A DNA stretch of 64,000 nt, from contig JBPOFY010000004.1 in assembly GCA_051252375.1 (NCBI GenBank), positions 64,001-128,000 on the forward strand. The letters are read 5' to 3'. The number at the start of each line of letters is the position of its first letter. Within the stretch, counting starts at the first letter, position 1. Of the stretch, positions 26,398 to 36,640 are shown piece by piece. The notes below the pieces were generated by a model that saw nothing but the letters and a program-made list of their open reading frames with translations, made no database searches and was not told the DNA's origin. Source of the stretch: Opitutaceae bacterium (GTDB lineage: Bacteria > Verrucomicrobiota > Verrucomicrobiia > Opitutales > Coraliomargaritaceae). The translations under genes and the position numbers were made by a program.

Positions 26398-29238
26398 TTA
26401 ACTAAAACTAACCGTCAAAGTCTGCCCCTCCTTGAGCTTCAGCCCATTGGCAAAACTCAGGACGTAGCGACCAGACTCTTCTATAAATCCGACTTCGAGT
26501 GATTTGCCGTCGATCTCGACCTTGGCTTGAGAGGCGCTGGATGAAGTTGCTTTTCCAAAAGCAAGCTCGTTCAAGGTCAACTGACCGTATCGAAGCTCGA
26601 TCTTCTCTGTCTGTATGCCTTGCACAACCTTCTGCGAGAAGCTGCCCCAGCCTTCGGCCGTTGTGAACGGCGCCTTAAAGTCTTCGGGGTGAATGCGTGG
26701 TGCAAATGCGAGATATCCTTTCGGTCCATGATACTCGTAGCCGCAAGCCGCTAGGAACACGCCATAGCTCGCCATCGAACGCGCGTAGTGATCACCGCAT
26801 TCAATCTCGTTGTAGGGGTTACGCTTCGCAGCACCATAGCGCTCGTGCACTGCTTTGGTGATCGCGAGGCCCTTTTCGACGAGAGCTGAATTCGGTTCGC
26901 CTTCATAAAGCATATGAGCCGCGACCTGATATTCGAAACCGTTCATGCATTCGTTAAAGTAGCCACCGACTCCAGAGAACTTCTTCGGGTTCTGCTTGGA
27001 ACGCAGCTTATTACCAGGAACAGCTTCCATCGCTCCACCCTTTGGCCAAGTCGTCATCAACAGGCCCGCTTCGCCAGGCATGGCATACCAGCGGAAGGCG
27101 GATTCGATTTGAACATGATCGAGCGCATACTGCCCCGCATCGGGTGCAAAATTATATTTCCAAATGCTATTGAGTGCAGAGACGGTTTCTATCTTTGGGA
27201 TGATGCGCCCCAAGCCGACTTGGTGCACCCAAGCCTGACCAATCACTTGGTCAATATGACAGCCTTTGTTGGTGTTAAGCGCCTTTTGTGGTGTTGGCTT
27301 GTGAATGAAATATTCGCCGTCGAACACTTCAGCGACGATGTTCTTATAACCTCGGTCAAGAAGCGTGCGGCACTTTTTGGCATAGTCTAAATCGCCCACT
27401 TCCTTCGCCATCGCTTCAGCTGCAGCCAAGGCACCGAGATAAACACTACTCAACCACCCCATCGGTCCATACCACGCAGCATCGAGCGTGTGCGGTTGTT
27501 TGCCTTCCCACATGCCGTTTTCGTCGGGGTCTTTTCGAATAAGGAAATCGGTCGCTATCTTAACCTGTGGCCACAAGCGTTTGAGGAAAGCATCATCCGT
27601 CGACATCTGGTGCTCGCGATAGACTCGCATGATCGAGCCTGCATGCCCGTCGACTGCTTCTTTGCCCCCCTTCTGATGGTATTCAGCACGGTCTTTGATC
27701 ATACCGCTCTTCGCTTCCATCCCGATGCCCGGCACGAAATCGACTTTCTCACGGAATGCTCGTTCGACCTCTGGAAAGATGCGTCCCAAGGCTTGCGCGT
27801 AATACCACACGTGCGTGCAGGTGCCCGGGCAACACTCGACGCCTTCCCAACCATACGGACGACCATCATCGAAATAGTGGAATGTCTGCGTCGCGATACA
27901 ATCGAGCCCGATGAATGTGCGATCGAGCAGCCAGTATGGCAGCGTGCTGTCATACCACGTGTTGTTCCAAGCATGAGTGCCTTCGAGAATGCGCTTGTTG
28001 TCGCTAGTCAGATACTCTGCCACTTCTTCAGCCGAATTGAAGTGATTGCTATACAAACGTTTTCTACCACGGAAGATATGCTGTGATCCTTGCTTGGCCC
28101 CTTTGAGCGGCTTCGCATCAATTTCAGCATATTCAGGGAAGAACCAAGTGATCGCAAAATCGACTGTTTTAGATGCACCAGGTGCCAATTTGAAAGTGGC
28201 GATCAAGCCGCCAACTAGAGGCTCGCTGAGTGGCTTGTAGGTGTCCTCGGTAGCACTGTTTGTTGTCGCCTGATAAACAAATCCAGTCACCCCATTGGCA
28301 CCGTCAAGGGAAGTCGCAGCTGAAACCTTGAGCCCCTCTTCTTGACTCTTCTCAAGAAGCGACAAAGTCATGGATCCGTAGCCATGCTTCGCATCCAGTC
28401 CCGGCCCTTGAATCGTGCTCACGATGCTGGTGCTCCCTTCAGACTGCACAAAACGATTAATGCGCTGCCCCTTCGCGCCGACAGGGAGATAAGGACATGT
28501 TGCATTTTGCAGCCATCCGCCCAAGTCAACTTCAACAGTTGCCTTCGATGTATTAGTCACAGTGTAAGACATCACGGTTGCCGGAAGCGCAGAGTCTTTA
28601 GTATTAAGTGGTATGAAGGGGCTGAAAGCCTGAAGTTGCACTTTAACCGGCGAATCCGAATCTTCGTAGCTGACCTTTCCGACGGGATACTCACCACGAA
28701 ATTTGATATCGGTGAACCCCTGCTGATCGAGTGTCTTAGTGCCCGACGTAGTGCGAATCAGGAAGCCTTGATTTACATCCACACCATTCTGCACGCTGTA
28801 TTGTTTACCTTGTGCTATCGGATGCGCGTAATTCCCCCCCATGGGAAAAGCAGCGATCATGTTACCAGGATTCGGCACGCGGAAGTAATTGCTCTTAAAA
28901 ATATCCCAGAGCCAAAGTTTACCATCACCTCCGAGGTAGAGCTGTCCACAACCCATACCACCAATCGGCATGCCGACATATTTGAGTTCATCGCCCTTGA
29001 GCAGCTCAGCCACACCGCGCTGCGTCAGCGAAGCCAGCCACTGCGCGGTCAACTTCTTATCGAAAGGAACAAGGCTATTGGCGACATCTGCTTTCGAGAA
29101 GGGACCAGCCATCACTGGAAACCCTGCGAATGTTAAGCCAGCGACTGAAAGCGCACCGGCCTTAATAAACCCTCTACGCGAGACTTCGATGTCTTCGCAT
29201 GAACCTACACCTGGTTTGGCCTGGTTATCTTTTTTCAT
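26398..29238 (-). CDS. GH116-like glycoside hydrolase (non-lysosomal glucosylceramidase family), Tat-exported
   Basis: Twin-arginine SRRGFIK; GMPIGGMGCGQLYLGGDG; AFSPFIPLNTKDSALPA; C-terminal NPYNEIECGDHYARSMASY. Confidence 0.82.
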   Translation of the reverse strand: MKKDNQAKPGVGSCEDIEVSRRGFIKAGALSVAGLTFAGFPVMAGPFSKADVANSLVPFDKKLTAQWLASLTQRGVAELLKGDELKYVGMPIGGMGCGQLYLGGDGKLWLWDIFKSNYFRVPNPGNMIAAFPMGGNYAHPIAQGKQYSVQNGVDVNQGFLIRTTSGTKTLDQQGFTDIKFRGEYPVGKVSYEDSDSPVKVQLQAFSPFIPLNTKDSALPATVMSYTVTNTSKATVEVDLGGWLQNATCPYLPVGAKGQRINRFVQSEGSTSIVSTIQGPGLDAKHGYGSMTLSLLEKSQEEGLKVSAATSLDGANGVTGFVYQATTNSATEDTYKPLSEPLVGGLIATFKLAPGASKTVDFAITWFFPEYAEIDAKPLKGAKQGSQHIFRGRKRLYSNHFNSAEEVAEYLTSDNKRILEGTHAWNNTWYDSTLPYWLLDRTFIGLDCIATQTFHYFDDGRPYGWEGVECCPGTCTHVWYYAQALGRIFPEVERAFREKVDFVPGIGMEAKSGMIKDRAEYHQKGGKEAVDGHAGSIMRVYREHQMSTDDAFLKRLWPQVKIATDFLIRKDPDENGMWEGKQPHTLDAAWYGPMGWLSSVYLGALAAAEAMAKEVGDLDYAKKCRTLLDRGYKNIVAEVFDGEYFIHKPTPQKALNTNKGCHIDQVIGQAWVHQVGLGRIIPKIETVSALNSIWKYNFAPDAGQYALDHVQIESAFRWYAMPGEAGLLMTTWPKGGAMEAVPGNKLRSKQNPKKFSGVGGYFNECMNGFEYQVAAHMLYEGEPNSALVEKGLAITKAVHERYGAAKRNPYNEIECGDHYARSMASYGVFLAACGYEYHGPKGYLAFAPRIHPEDFKAPFTTAEGWGSFSQKVVQGIQTEKIELRYGQLTLNELAFGKATSSSASQAKVEIDGKSLEVGFIEESGRYVLSFANGLKLKEGQTLTVSFS

Positions 29239-29244
29239 CCTTAA

Positions 29245-30801
29245 TTACTTTTTCTTAGGTATTTTTATATTAATCCAGCCGATGCGTTTAGTCTTCGGGA
29301 TACGTGCCATCTCCTCCTGCTGTAAAGCGGCGAGTTCGGCAGCAATCTCGGGATAGTCTTTGATGACGTTTTTGGACTGCGTCACGTCATCGCCCAAATT
29401 GTAGAGCTGGGCGTTCGGCGCATCCTTACGAAACTCCCCATCCACAACATCGCTATTCTGCTTACCCATAAATGTAACCGAAGCGGCGCCACCCATGTGA
29501 TGACCGCCGACCTCATGCCCTTGGAAGCCACCCTCCCCACGGTTCGGGATATAGACCCAATCACCCTTTCGGATCGACAAGTGAAAGGGACTGTTTGGAC
29601 AAATCACGAGTGTGTCTCGGACCGCTGTCTCGGGAGCGCCCGTAATCGTCTCTAATTGATTGAGGCTGTCCTCCGGATTGTCGAGTGGTTGGTCCACAAT
29701 CTCTGCAAAAGTTGCGAGAAAATCAATATGACTGATCAGCGCATTCGAAACTGTCCCAGCCGGCACCTTGCCCGGCCAACGAATGATCATAGGCACGCGG
29801 TGACCGCCCTCCCATGCACCAAACTTAGAACCTAATAAATCGCCGTTCATCAGATGCCCTTTACGGACGGAGCGTTGCCCCTCTTGGTTGAGCATGCCGC
29901 CATTATCACTGGTGAATATAACGATGGTGTTGTCGGCGACTCCTTGCGCTTCGAGTGCGGCCATGATCTGACCGGTCATCCAGTCCAGCTCATGCGTAAA
30001 ATCGCCATAAGCGCCTGCCTCACTCGTGCCAACGAATTGCTTATCGGGCGTAAAGGGGTGGTGAATATTCGTCGTGGAAAGCAACAGGAAGAAAGGTTTG
30101 TCCTTATCGACACCCTCCATCCATTGAATGGAACGTTCGGTTAGATTGACGCCGATCTGATCGTCCACGTAGAGACCATGCGCCACCTTTCCACCACCAA
30201 TACGACCAGCCCCTTTGCCTTCCATCGTCTTCACATGATTACGCCCGCCGTTCTTAATTGGGTCCTTGGGGTCGAGGCCGACAACGTGGTGATTCTCCAC
30301 GTAAATAAAAGGAGGAACACTGTTCGCACAGGGAATCCCATAGAAGTAATCAAAACCTAGTTCCAGCGGTCCCGGCTTCAATTCCCCATTCCAGTCGGGC
30401 GCTTTATCGCCAAACCCCAGATGCCATTTCCCAAAGAAGGCTGTTTGATACCCCGCATTTTTCAGTAAACTGGAGATCGTATCTCGATCTGTTTCAATCG
30501 TTAAGCCGCCACCGCTCGTCACCGGTCCCCAGAAGTTTTCACGGTGCGGATAGCGACCGGTCATTTGCCCATAGCGAGACGGCGAACAGACCGCGGACGC
30601 GGAGTGCGCATCAGTAAACTTCCGACCTTCGGCGGCGAGCTTATCGATGCTCGGCGTTTGGATCTTCTCGGCACCGTAGCAACTGAGGTCTCCATAGCCC
30701 AGGTCATCCGCAAAGATCAAAACAACGTTGGGACGCTCAGCAGCTGGTAAATTCGTCAGTGCTCCAAAGAGAACGACGGTAAATAGATTTCGTATCTTCA
30801 T
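29245..30801 (-). CDS. S1 sulfatase (paralog of 17640-19187)
   Basis: RPNVVLIFADDLGYGD, CSPSRYGQMTG, GKWHLG, FTSDNGG, GSKFGAWEGGHRVP. Confidence 0.95.
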   Translation of the reverse strand: MKIRNLFTVVLFGALTNLPAAERPNVVLIFADDLGYGDLSCYGAEKIQTPSIDKLAAEGRKFTDAHSASAVCSPSRYGQMTGRYPHRENFWGPVTSGGGLTIETDRDTISSLLKNAGYQTAFFGKWHLGFGDKAPDWNGELKPGPLELGFDYFYGIPCANSVPPFIYVENHHVVGLDPKDPIKNGGRNHVKTMEGKGAGRIGGGKVAHGLYVDDQIGVNLTERSIQWMEGVDKDKPFFLLLSTTNIHHPFTPDKQFVGTSEAGAYGDFTHELDWMTGQIMAALEAQGVADNTIVIFTSDNGGMLNQEGQRSVRKGHLMNGDLLGSKFGAWEGGHRVPMIIRWPGKVPAGTVSNALISHIDFLATFAEIVDQPLDNPEDSLNQLETITGAPETAVRDTLVICPNSPFHLSIRKGDWVYIPNRGEGGFQGHEVGGHHMGGAASVTFMGKQNSDVVDGEFRKDAPNAQLYNLGDDVTQSKNVIKDYPEIAAELAALQQEEMARIPKTKRIGWINIKIPKKK

Positions 30802-30804
30802 AGT

Positions 30805-32658
30805 TTATTTCACTTTCTCCAATATCACATCCTTCAACCCCATAAGACCCTGTCCATATTCGATGGCCTCCGGAGTGATCTCAAGCGCCTTGAGCGTCAG
30901 TTGATAAGTCCCCTTCTCCTCGAATCGCAGCGACCCAAGAGTGACACTTAGCGGACCAGCCTTAAGTGGCGATTTCTTGCCTTTCAATTTTCCCGCCTGA
31001 ACGGCGTGCTCAAAAGATTTGCCCGCAACCTCGACTGCGAAGCGACCGCTCTCCATCCAGCTATAGTAGTTGACCTTCACATCATAGCTACCGGGTTCTT
31101 CCACCTGTAAAGTCCACTCAGCCCAGTCGGATGGATTCGTCCAGCCCTTAAGATTCTCACGCTGCGCGCCTGCACCACTGCCAAGAGAGAAATGCAGCGC
31201 ATCACCGTGGACCTTCGCAAAGGCTGCAGAAAGGAAATAGTCGCCGACACTGACTTTGGAATTTCCGGTTTGAGGTCGCAGTGGTTTACCGAGCGCACGG
31301 ATCGAATTATCCACCACTGGCTCGCCGAACAGCTCAACTTTCAATACAGTCAGAATCGGATCGACAGACTTGGACGGCAGTTGAACGTGCACATCCTGAT
31401 CGACCTGTTTAAAAGAAACAGGCGCATTGTGATTGAGAAATGAAATCTTCTGGATGCCAGCATTTGGTTGCCCCTCATTCAGTCCCGGAATCACAAGCAT
31501 GCCATCCTTCGGCCAATCAAACACTTGATAGTAGATCGTGTTTCCGCGACGCGTGCTGGTGCCCCAATCCAATAGATAATGCGGGCCGCGTTGGGTGCCA
31601 TACACACATTCTCCATTCGCTTCCAACCACTGCCCCAAGGGTTTGAGTTTCTTCACGCTGACGGGAGGCAAAAGACCTTCGGGAGTGGGTCCCATATTCA
31701 TGAGGAAATTGCCACCACGTGATACTGCATCAAACAGATTCCTCATTGCCCAATTCAGAGACTGCGAGGTGTCTCGCCCTTTCCAAAACCATCCCCCATC
31801 GAACTTCTGGCAGCTCTCCCAGGGACGCGACCAGTTGTCGCCGATATAGGGCACAAAATTTTCAGACGAGCCATAATCACCATCACCGACGCGCCGTTGT
31901 CCGACGCGGTCGACCAGCATGATCTCTGGCTGTAGCGCCCGGATGTGATCACGATATTCCATCGCGCGCTCCACCGTCCAACTGTTCACCCATTCTCCGT
32001 CCAGCCACAAGGTGACGACGGGGCCATACTTCGTCAGTAACTCCTCCGTCTGGTCGAGCATGTATTGATGGTATCTCGCGTAGTCCTGACTACCAACCTC
32101 GCCAGTATAGTCGGGGTGTTTGATATCCCAGACAGAATAATAAAACCCGAGTAACATATCGTGCTTCGCACTCGCGTCAGCCAACTCCTTCAAAGGGTCG
32201 CGCTTAAACGGGGTCGCATCCACAATGTCGTGATCGGTATAAGCCGAATCAAAGATGCAGAATCCAGAGTGATGCTTGGAAGTAATCACGATATAACGAA
32301 AGCCCAATTCCTTGGCGGTTAAAACCCATTGCTCAGCATCGAATTTAACCGGATTGAACTGCGACAAAACCTTGTTGGAAATGACCGCTTCGCCGCCTGC
32401 CCTTTGCGGTCCCCAGTGCAAGAAGAGACCAAACCTCGCATCTTCCCACGGTTGGATACGCTTCAATCGGTCCGCCTCGGATTCTCCAGGAAAGCCAGCC
32501 ACAATCGGCTCGCCGACCATATACTGAGCGAACCAAGGGCAATCGGATTTAGCCCGAACGGACGCCTCAAGAGGATCGAGCTCGGCAGCACCTAATGACT
32601 GAAGGCTCATCATTGCAGCGATAGATAGTATCAGGAGTTTTTTCATATCATTTCTCAT
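30805..32658 (-). CDS. GH29 alpha-L-fucosidase with C-terminal CBM6/35-like beta-sandwich
   Basis: RFGLFLHWG, FNPVKFDAEQWV, TSKHHSGF, nucleophile WLDGEW, PWESC, GGNFLMNMGP. Confidence 0.92.
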   Translation of the reverse strand: MRNDMKKLLILSIAAMMSLQSLGAAELDPLEASVRAKSDCPWFAQYMVGEPIVAGFPGESEADRLKRIQPWEDARFGLFLHWGPQRAGGEAVISNKVLSQFNPVKFDAEQWVLTAKELGFRYIVITSKHHSGFCIFDSAYTDHDIVDATPFKRDPLKELADASAKHDMLLGFYYSVWDIKHPDYTGEVGSQDYARYHQYMLDQTEELLTKYGPVVTLWLDGEWVNSWTVERAMEYRDHIRALQPEIMLVDRVGQRRVGDGDYGSSENFVPYIGDNWSRPWESCQKFDGGWFWKGRDTSQSLNWAMRNLFDAVSRGGNFLMNMGPTPEGLLPPVSVKKLKPLGQWLEANGECVYGTQRGPHYLLDWGTSTRRGNTIYYQVFDWPKDGMLVIPGLNEGQPNAGIQKISFLNHNAPVSFKQVDQDVHVQLPSKSVDPILTVLKVELFGEPVVDNSIRALGKPLRPQTGNSKVSVGDYFLSAAFAKVHGDALHFSLGSGAGAQRENLKGWTNPSDWAEWTLQVEEPGSYDVKVNYYSWMESGRFAVEVAGKSFEHAVQAGKLKGKKSPLKAGPLSVTLGSLRFEEKGTYQLTLKALEITPEAIEYGQGLMGLKDVILEKVK

Positions 32659-32670
32659 TTTGTTACTTCG

Positions 32671-34041
32671 TTAGAAATTCTTGATTTCGTTGCGCCAGTA
32701 GGAACGTCGATCAGAACCTTCTTGATTGGAGTCGCCGAGCTCGGCACGGATACGCTCCGCTTCTTTCAGGAGCGTGCCAACGATCTCAGGGTTGTCTGCG
32801 GCGACGTTGTGTTTCTCGCCGATGTCGCTTTCTAGATTAACCAGGAAGGGTTTGTCCAAGGTCACGAAACTCCCCTTCTTATTCGCCTGCCCCCAATACG
32901 GTTGATCCTTCGCTGTGCGCGGCAGGTGGAGTTTCCACTTCCCTTTGCGCACCGCCTGCAGGTTGAGACCATTGTAGTAATAGAGAAACTCATGCGGCGA
33001 CTCGTCGGTTTTTCCCAACAGCACATTCAAGATGTTCTTGCCGTCGATGGTTCGATCCGTTGGCAGTTCGACTCCGGCGAGATCACAGAAAAGCGGCAGT
33101 AAATCCATACTGGAAAGCGTGGTGTCCGAAACTTGACCAACAGGAATTTCCCCAGTCCAGCGGAAGATCGCTGGCACGCGATGTCCGCCTTCCATGGTGG
33201 TGTATTTGCTGCCGGACAATGGACCTGCGGAACCTGACTTGGCCTGCCCGTTATCGGAGAGAAACACGACTAGCGTATTCTCTTCCAGATCGTTTTCATG
33301 CAGCGCTTGTAGCACCTGCCCAACGCTGTGATCCAACTCCGTAACGAAGTCCCCGTATTTGCCCTTTTTTGAAGAACCAATGAAAGGCTTGCTCGGCGCG
33401 ACTGGCGAATGCGCAATCTGATGCGCCATATAAATAAAGAAAGGCTGGTCCTTGGATTGCTCCTCAATAAATTTAACCACCTCTTCGTTGTAACGCGATG
33501 TAACTGCAGGGAACTTCACATTCTCCTCGATCATCTTACGATCTCGAAAGAGCGCCATGTTCCACGGATCGTGCTTAGTTGAATAGTTATACGGCAGCCC
33601 AAAGTAAGTATCGAAGCCAGCGTCCATCGGGTGGGCGCCTTCCATCTCGAAACCGATGTGCCACTTGCCCACCGCCATCGAGCGGTAGCCCGCGGTTTTC
33701 AGCAGCTCGGCAATCGTGATCTCATCGGGGTGTAGACCATAATCTGTCTTCTTATCCGGACTCCGATAGGTCGGCAAGCCCGCGCGACTCGGATAGCGAC
33801 CTGTGAGCAATGCGGCGCGCGAGGGCGTGCATACATTGGCTGCCGAAATCATGTCGGTGGAACGAAAGCCCTCCGCCGCCATTTGGTCGAGCGCGGGTGT
33901 CGGGTATTTTGCACCATAACAACCAAGGTCGCCAAAACCCAGATCATCAGCAAAGATAAGAACGATGTTCGGCCGGTCTGCTGCTTGGAGCAGGCTTGCT
34001 GATAATAGCAGAGTGAGGAATAAGGAAACTAGACGGGGCAT
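32671..34041 (-). CDS. S1 sulfatase
   Basis: RPNIVLIFADDLGFGD, CTPSRAALLTG, GKWHIG, FLSDNG, EGGHRVP. Confidence 0.95.
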   Translation of the reverse strand: MPRLVSLFLTLLLSASLLQAADRPNIVLIFADDLGFGDLGCYGAKYPTPALDQMAAEGFRSTDMISAANVCTPSRAALLTGRYPSRAGLPTYRSPDKKTDYGLHPDEITIAELLKTAGYRSMAVGKWHIGFEMEGAHPMDAGFDTYFGLPYNYSTKHDPWNMALFRDRKMIEENVKFPAVTSRYNEEVVKFIEEQSKDQPFFIYMAHQIAHSPVAPSKPFIGSSKKGKYGDFVTELDHSVGQVLQALHENDLEENTLVVFLSDNGQAKSGSAGPLSGSKYTTMEGGHRVPAIFRWTGEIPVGQVSDTTLSSMDLLPLFCDLAGVELPTDRTIDGKNILNVLLGKTDESPHEFLYYYNGLNLQAVRKGKWKLHLPRTAKDQPYWGQANKKGSFVTLDKPFLVNLESDIGEKHNVAADNPEIVGTLLKEAERIRAELGDSNQEGSDRRSYWRNEIKNF

Positions 34042-34182
34042 GACGAAGGAGTTGATCAGAATTCGAGTGGTCTGTCAGTAGTCGTAGATGATATCCTAAA
34101 ATCCACTTTAGCATACCCCGTATAAACGCGACTTCGCCTAGAATCGCATACCTAATTCCAGTTACTCACTGCATCGCTCGAC

Positions 34183-34218
34183 AAAAAAAGACCCGCCACA
34201 CATGAGGTGGCGGGTCTT
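34183..34218 (-). terminator. Rho-independent terminator after the small PEP-CTERM gene
   Basis: Plus strand AAAAAAAGACCCGCCAC-ACATGAG-GTGGCGGGTCTT, giving a GC-rich stem plus U-tract on the minus strand. Confidence 0.9.
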
Positions 34219-34257
34219 CTAAAAAATCTTATCTCTGAATCTGTATCAGCTCAACGA

Positions 34258-35043
34258 CTAGGCGCGACGGCGACGAACCATGACCGAAGCAAGTGCGAGG
34301 CAACCCGCGAGGAGTGCATATGTGCTTGGTTCAGGGACGGCAGTCACTTCAAGCGTGAGAGCAGATAGAACGATCTGAGCGGCCCCGCCATTACCGGTTA
34401 AACCCAAGTAGAGATTACCACCAGATGATTGAACTGAAAGCGAACCATAACCCGCATTATCAGGATCACCGGGGCCTGCCGCAGTCGTGAAAGACTGCCC
34501 ACTGACAATCGTGCCAAATGTGTTGCTGGTATATTGATTCCATGTTGTGTCGAAATTAGCATTGTCACTGTCCCAACCAGACACGAACTCATAGGTGTAG
34601 GCATCATTCAAACCAGTGAGAGTGATTTCGAAATAGTCTACGCCAGACGTAGTTGTGCGACCAGAGGCATCATTGGAAATCAGACCATCAGCATACACAC
34701 TTGCACCCGCGGTCTCAATATAAGAACCATCACCATCGACACCACCAGAGAAGTCCCAAGCGATTTGTCCAGTAGAGTTCAACAGCGTAAAACCAACACC
34801 TGTAGCCGTTCCGGCGAAATTATCAAGATTTGTGATGGATAATGTGCCATTATCAGCCAAGCCTAAAGTAGTCGCGTTACCGCCGACGCTGAGACCATCC
34901 GAAGCAGTATTCCAAGTGTTCGTGGCATCCGCTTCTTCAGTGGCACCGAAGTCAAGACCGATGACGTCGCCCACAGTTGAAAATTGCGCATAAGATGTAG
35001 CCGCGATAAGCGGCAGGAGGGATAGAGCAATGAGCTTTTTCAT
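34258..35043 (-). CDS. PEP-CTERM surface protein
   Basis: Signal peptide, acidic Gly/Thr-rich body, VPEPSTYALLAGCLALASVMVRRRRA C-terminus. Confidence 0.92.
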   Translation of the reverse strand: MKKLIALSLLPLIAATSYAQFSTVGDVIGLDFGATEEADATNTWNTASDGLSVGGNATTLGLADNGTLSITNLDNFAGTATGVGFTLLNSTGQIAWDFSGGVDGDGSYIETAGASVYADGLISNDASGRTTTSGVDYFEITLTGLNDAYTYEFVSGWDSDNANFDTTWNQYTSNTFGTIVSGQSFTTAAGPGDPDNAGYGSLSVQSSGGNLYLGLTGNGGAAQIVLSALTLEVTAVPEPSTYALLAGCLALASVMVRRRRA

Positions 35044-35247
35044 AGAAATTAAGGCGGGAAATTAAATAGGTTACGAAAAATTGAATACACATACTAGCAC
35101 AGCCGACCAAATTTGTAAATAACTGAAATCAGGTATAAGCCTCTACTGGCGCCTAAATGAAGTCGCAAAGTATTGATGATCAGCTTCTTACCGAAAAGGT
35201 GGGGCAAAAAAACGAAGAATAGACGATTGGCGCGACTTCACCCCAGA

Positions 35248-36615
35248 CTAGTAGCTCAGCTTGCCGCCTTTGGAGGGTTTCTGACTCTCCCCTTCCCACC
35301 ATTCGTTGGGGCCTTCTTCTACAATACCGGCCCATAGCTTGAGGAGGGTTTGCTTCATTTCCTCGGTCTTCTCAGGCATGTTTTTAGCGAGATCATTTTC
35401 CTCATACATATCCTTCGGAATATTGAAGAGTTGAAATTTGCTCAGTTTTTCGTCGGCGACGATCTTCCAATCACCAATGCGCATCGCGACACGCTCATTT
35501 GGGCCCGAGACGTGAGTTCGCCAGAAGAGTGGCATCTTGCGATCCACTGGCTTACCTGCGAGTGCAGGGAGCATGTTCGCCCCATCGATGGTGCGATCGG
35601 TCGGCAACGGGATACCCACCATCTCAAGAAATGTAGTGAAGAGGTCCGAGCCAATGACTGGCACATTGCTGGTTGTGCCCGGCTCAATATGCCCCGGCCA
35701 ACGCGCTAGGCCTGGCACGCGAATACCGCCTTCATAACTACTACGCTTGTTCCCACGTAAGCCACCGCTGGTCCCACCATAGGCGGGCACGGGGCCGTTG
35801 TCGGAGGTAAAGAACAAAAAGGTGTTATCGCTCACTCCCTGTGCCTCCAAGGCGTCCATCACCGTGCCGAGTGCAGTGTCGAGCTGTGTGATGTTGCCCA
35901 TGTATTTAGCGTTCTCGTGCCCATCGTAGAGCTTTTGAAAACGCGGATCAGTGGCGATCTTTGAATGCGGCTCATGAATCCAAACCGACATAACGAAAGG
36001 CTTGGAAGGATCGCGGATGTCTTTGAGCCAACGCTCGGCCTCTGCAGCAACTAGCTGCGCAGAATAACCCTCGGTCGCGCCGACGGGTTCGCCGTTGAGC
36101 ACAAAGTTTTTTGGATTCTTGTGATTGGGCTCCGCATTGTTCTGCGTATACATCCAGTGATCGTAGCCGTGGTCACCGGGCTGCGGGTATTCAGGGTTAT
36201 TGAATTGCTGCTTGGAGAGCAGGTGCCACTTGCCGACGTGGCAGGTCTCGTAGCCTGCCTCTTTCAAAAGCTCAGGATATGTGATCTCACTAGCGCGTAA
36301 GTGTGCCTCGTGATTCCCCGAAAGGTGACGCCAAACACCATTACGGTATGGGGTCCGTCCCGTTAAAATAGCGGAGCGCGAGGGCGAGCAGACGCCGGCA
36401 GCAGAATAGCACTCGATCAGCTTAACGCCCTGCGATGCCAGCTTGTCCATGTTCGGTGTCTGGATGAGCTCATGACCATAAGTGCCCGAATCGCCCCAGC
36501 CCATGTCGTCAGCCACAAAAACCACAATGTTTGGTTTTGTGTCAGCTGCGGAGGCCGCCGATACAGTCAGCGCCAATAAGATACCTGTGATAGTTTTGAA
36601 TCGGTTTGCTTTCAT
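35248..36615 (-). CDS. S1 sulfatase
   Basis: KPNIVVFVADDMGWGD, CSPSRSAILTG, GKWHL, FTSDNGP, EGGIRVP. Confidence 0.95.
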   Translation of the reverse strand: MKANRFKTITGILLALTVSAASAADTKPNIVVFVADDMGWGDSGTYGHELIQTPNMDKLASQGVKLIECYSAAGVCSPSRSAILTGRTPYRNGVWRHLSGNHEAHLRASEITYPELLKEAGYETCHVGKWHLLSKQQFNNPEYPQPGDHGYDHWMYTQNNAEPNHKNPKNFVLNGEPVGATEGYSAQLVAAEAERWLKDIRDPSKPFVMSVWIHEPHSKIATDPRFQKLYDGHENAKYMGNITQLDTALGTVMDALEAQGVSDNTFLFFTSDNGPVPAYGGTSGGLRGNKRSSYEGGIRVPGLARWPGHIEPGTTSNVPVIGSDLFTTFLEMVGIPLPTDRTIDGANMLPALAGKPVDRKMPLFWRTHVSGPNERVAMRIGDWKIVADEKLSKFQLFNIPKDMYEENDLAKNMPEKTEEMKQTLLKLWAGIVEEGPNEWWEGESQKPSKGGKLSY

Positions 36616-36640
36616 AATTTAAAATGTAGTGGATGACAAT

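Noticed and set aside
16124..29136. Long antisense ORFs (16124-16813, 22292-22972, 27490-28086, 28342-29136)
   Set aside because: Contained opposite clearly identifiable enzymes; typical stop-poor antisense frames.
35184..35218. Weak hairpin next to an A-tract as a terminator
   Set aside because: The stem is poor, and on the transcribed (minus) strand the U-tract precedes it.
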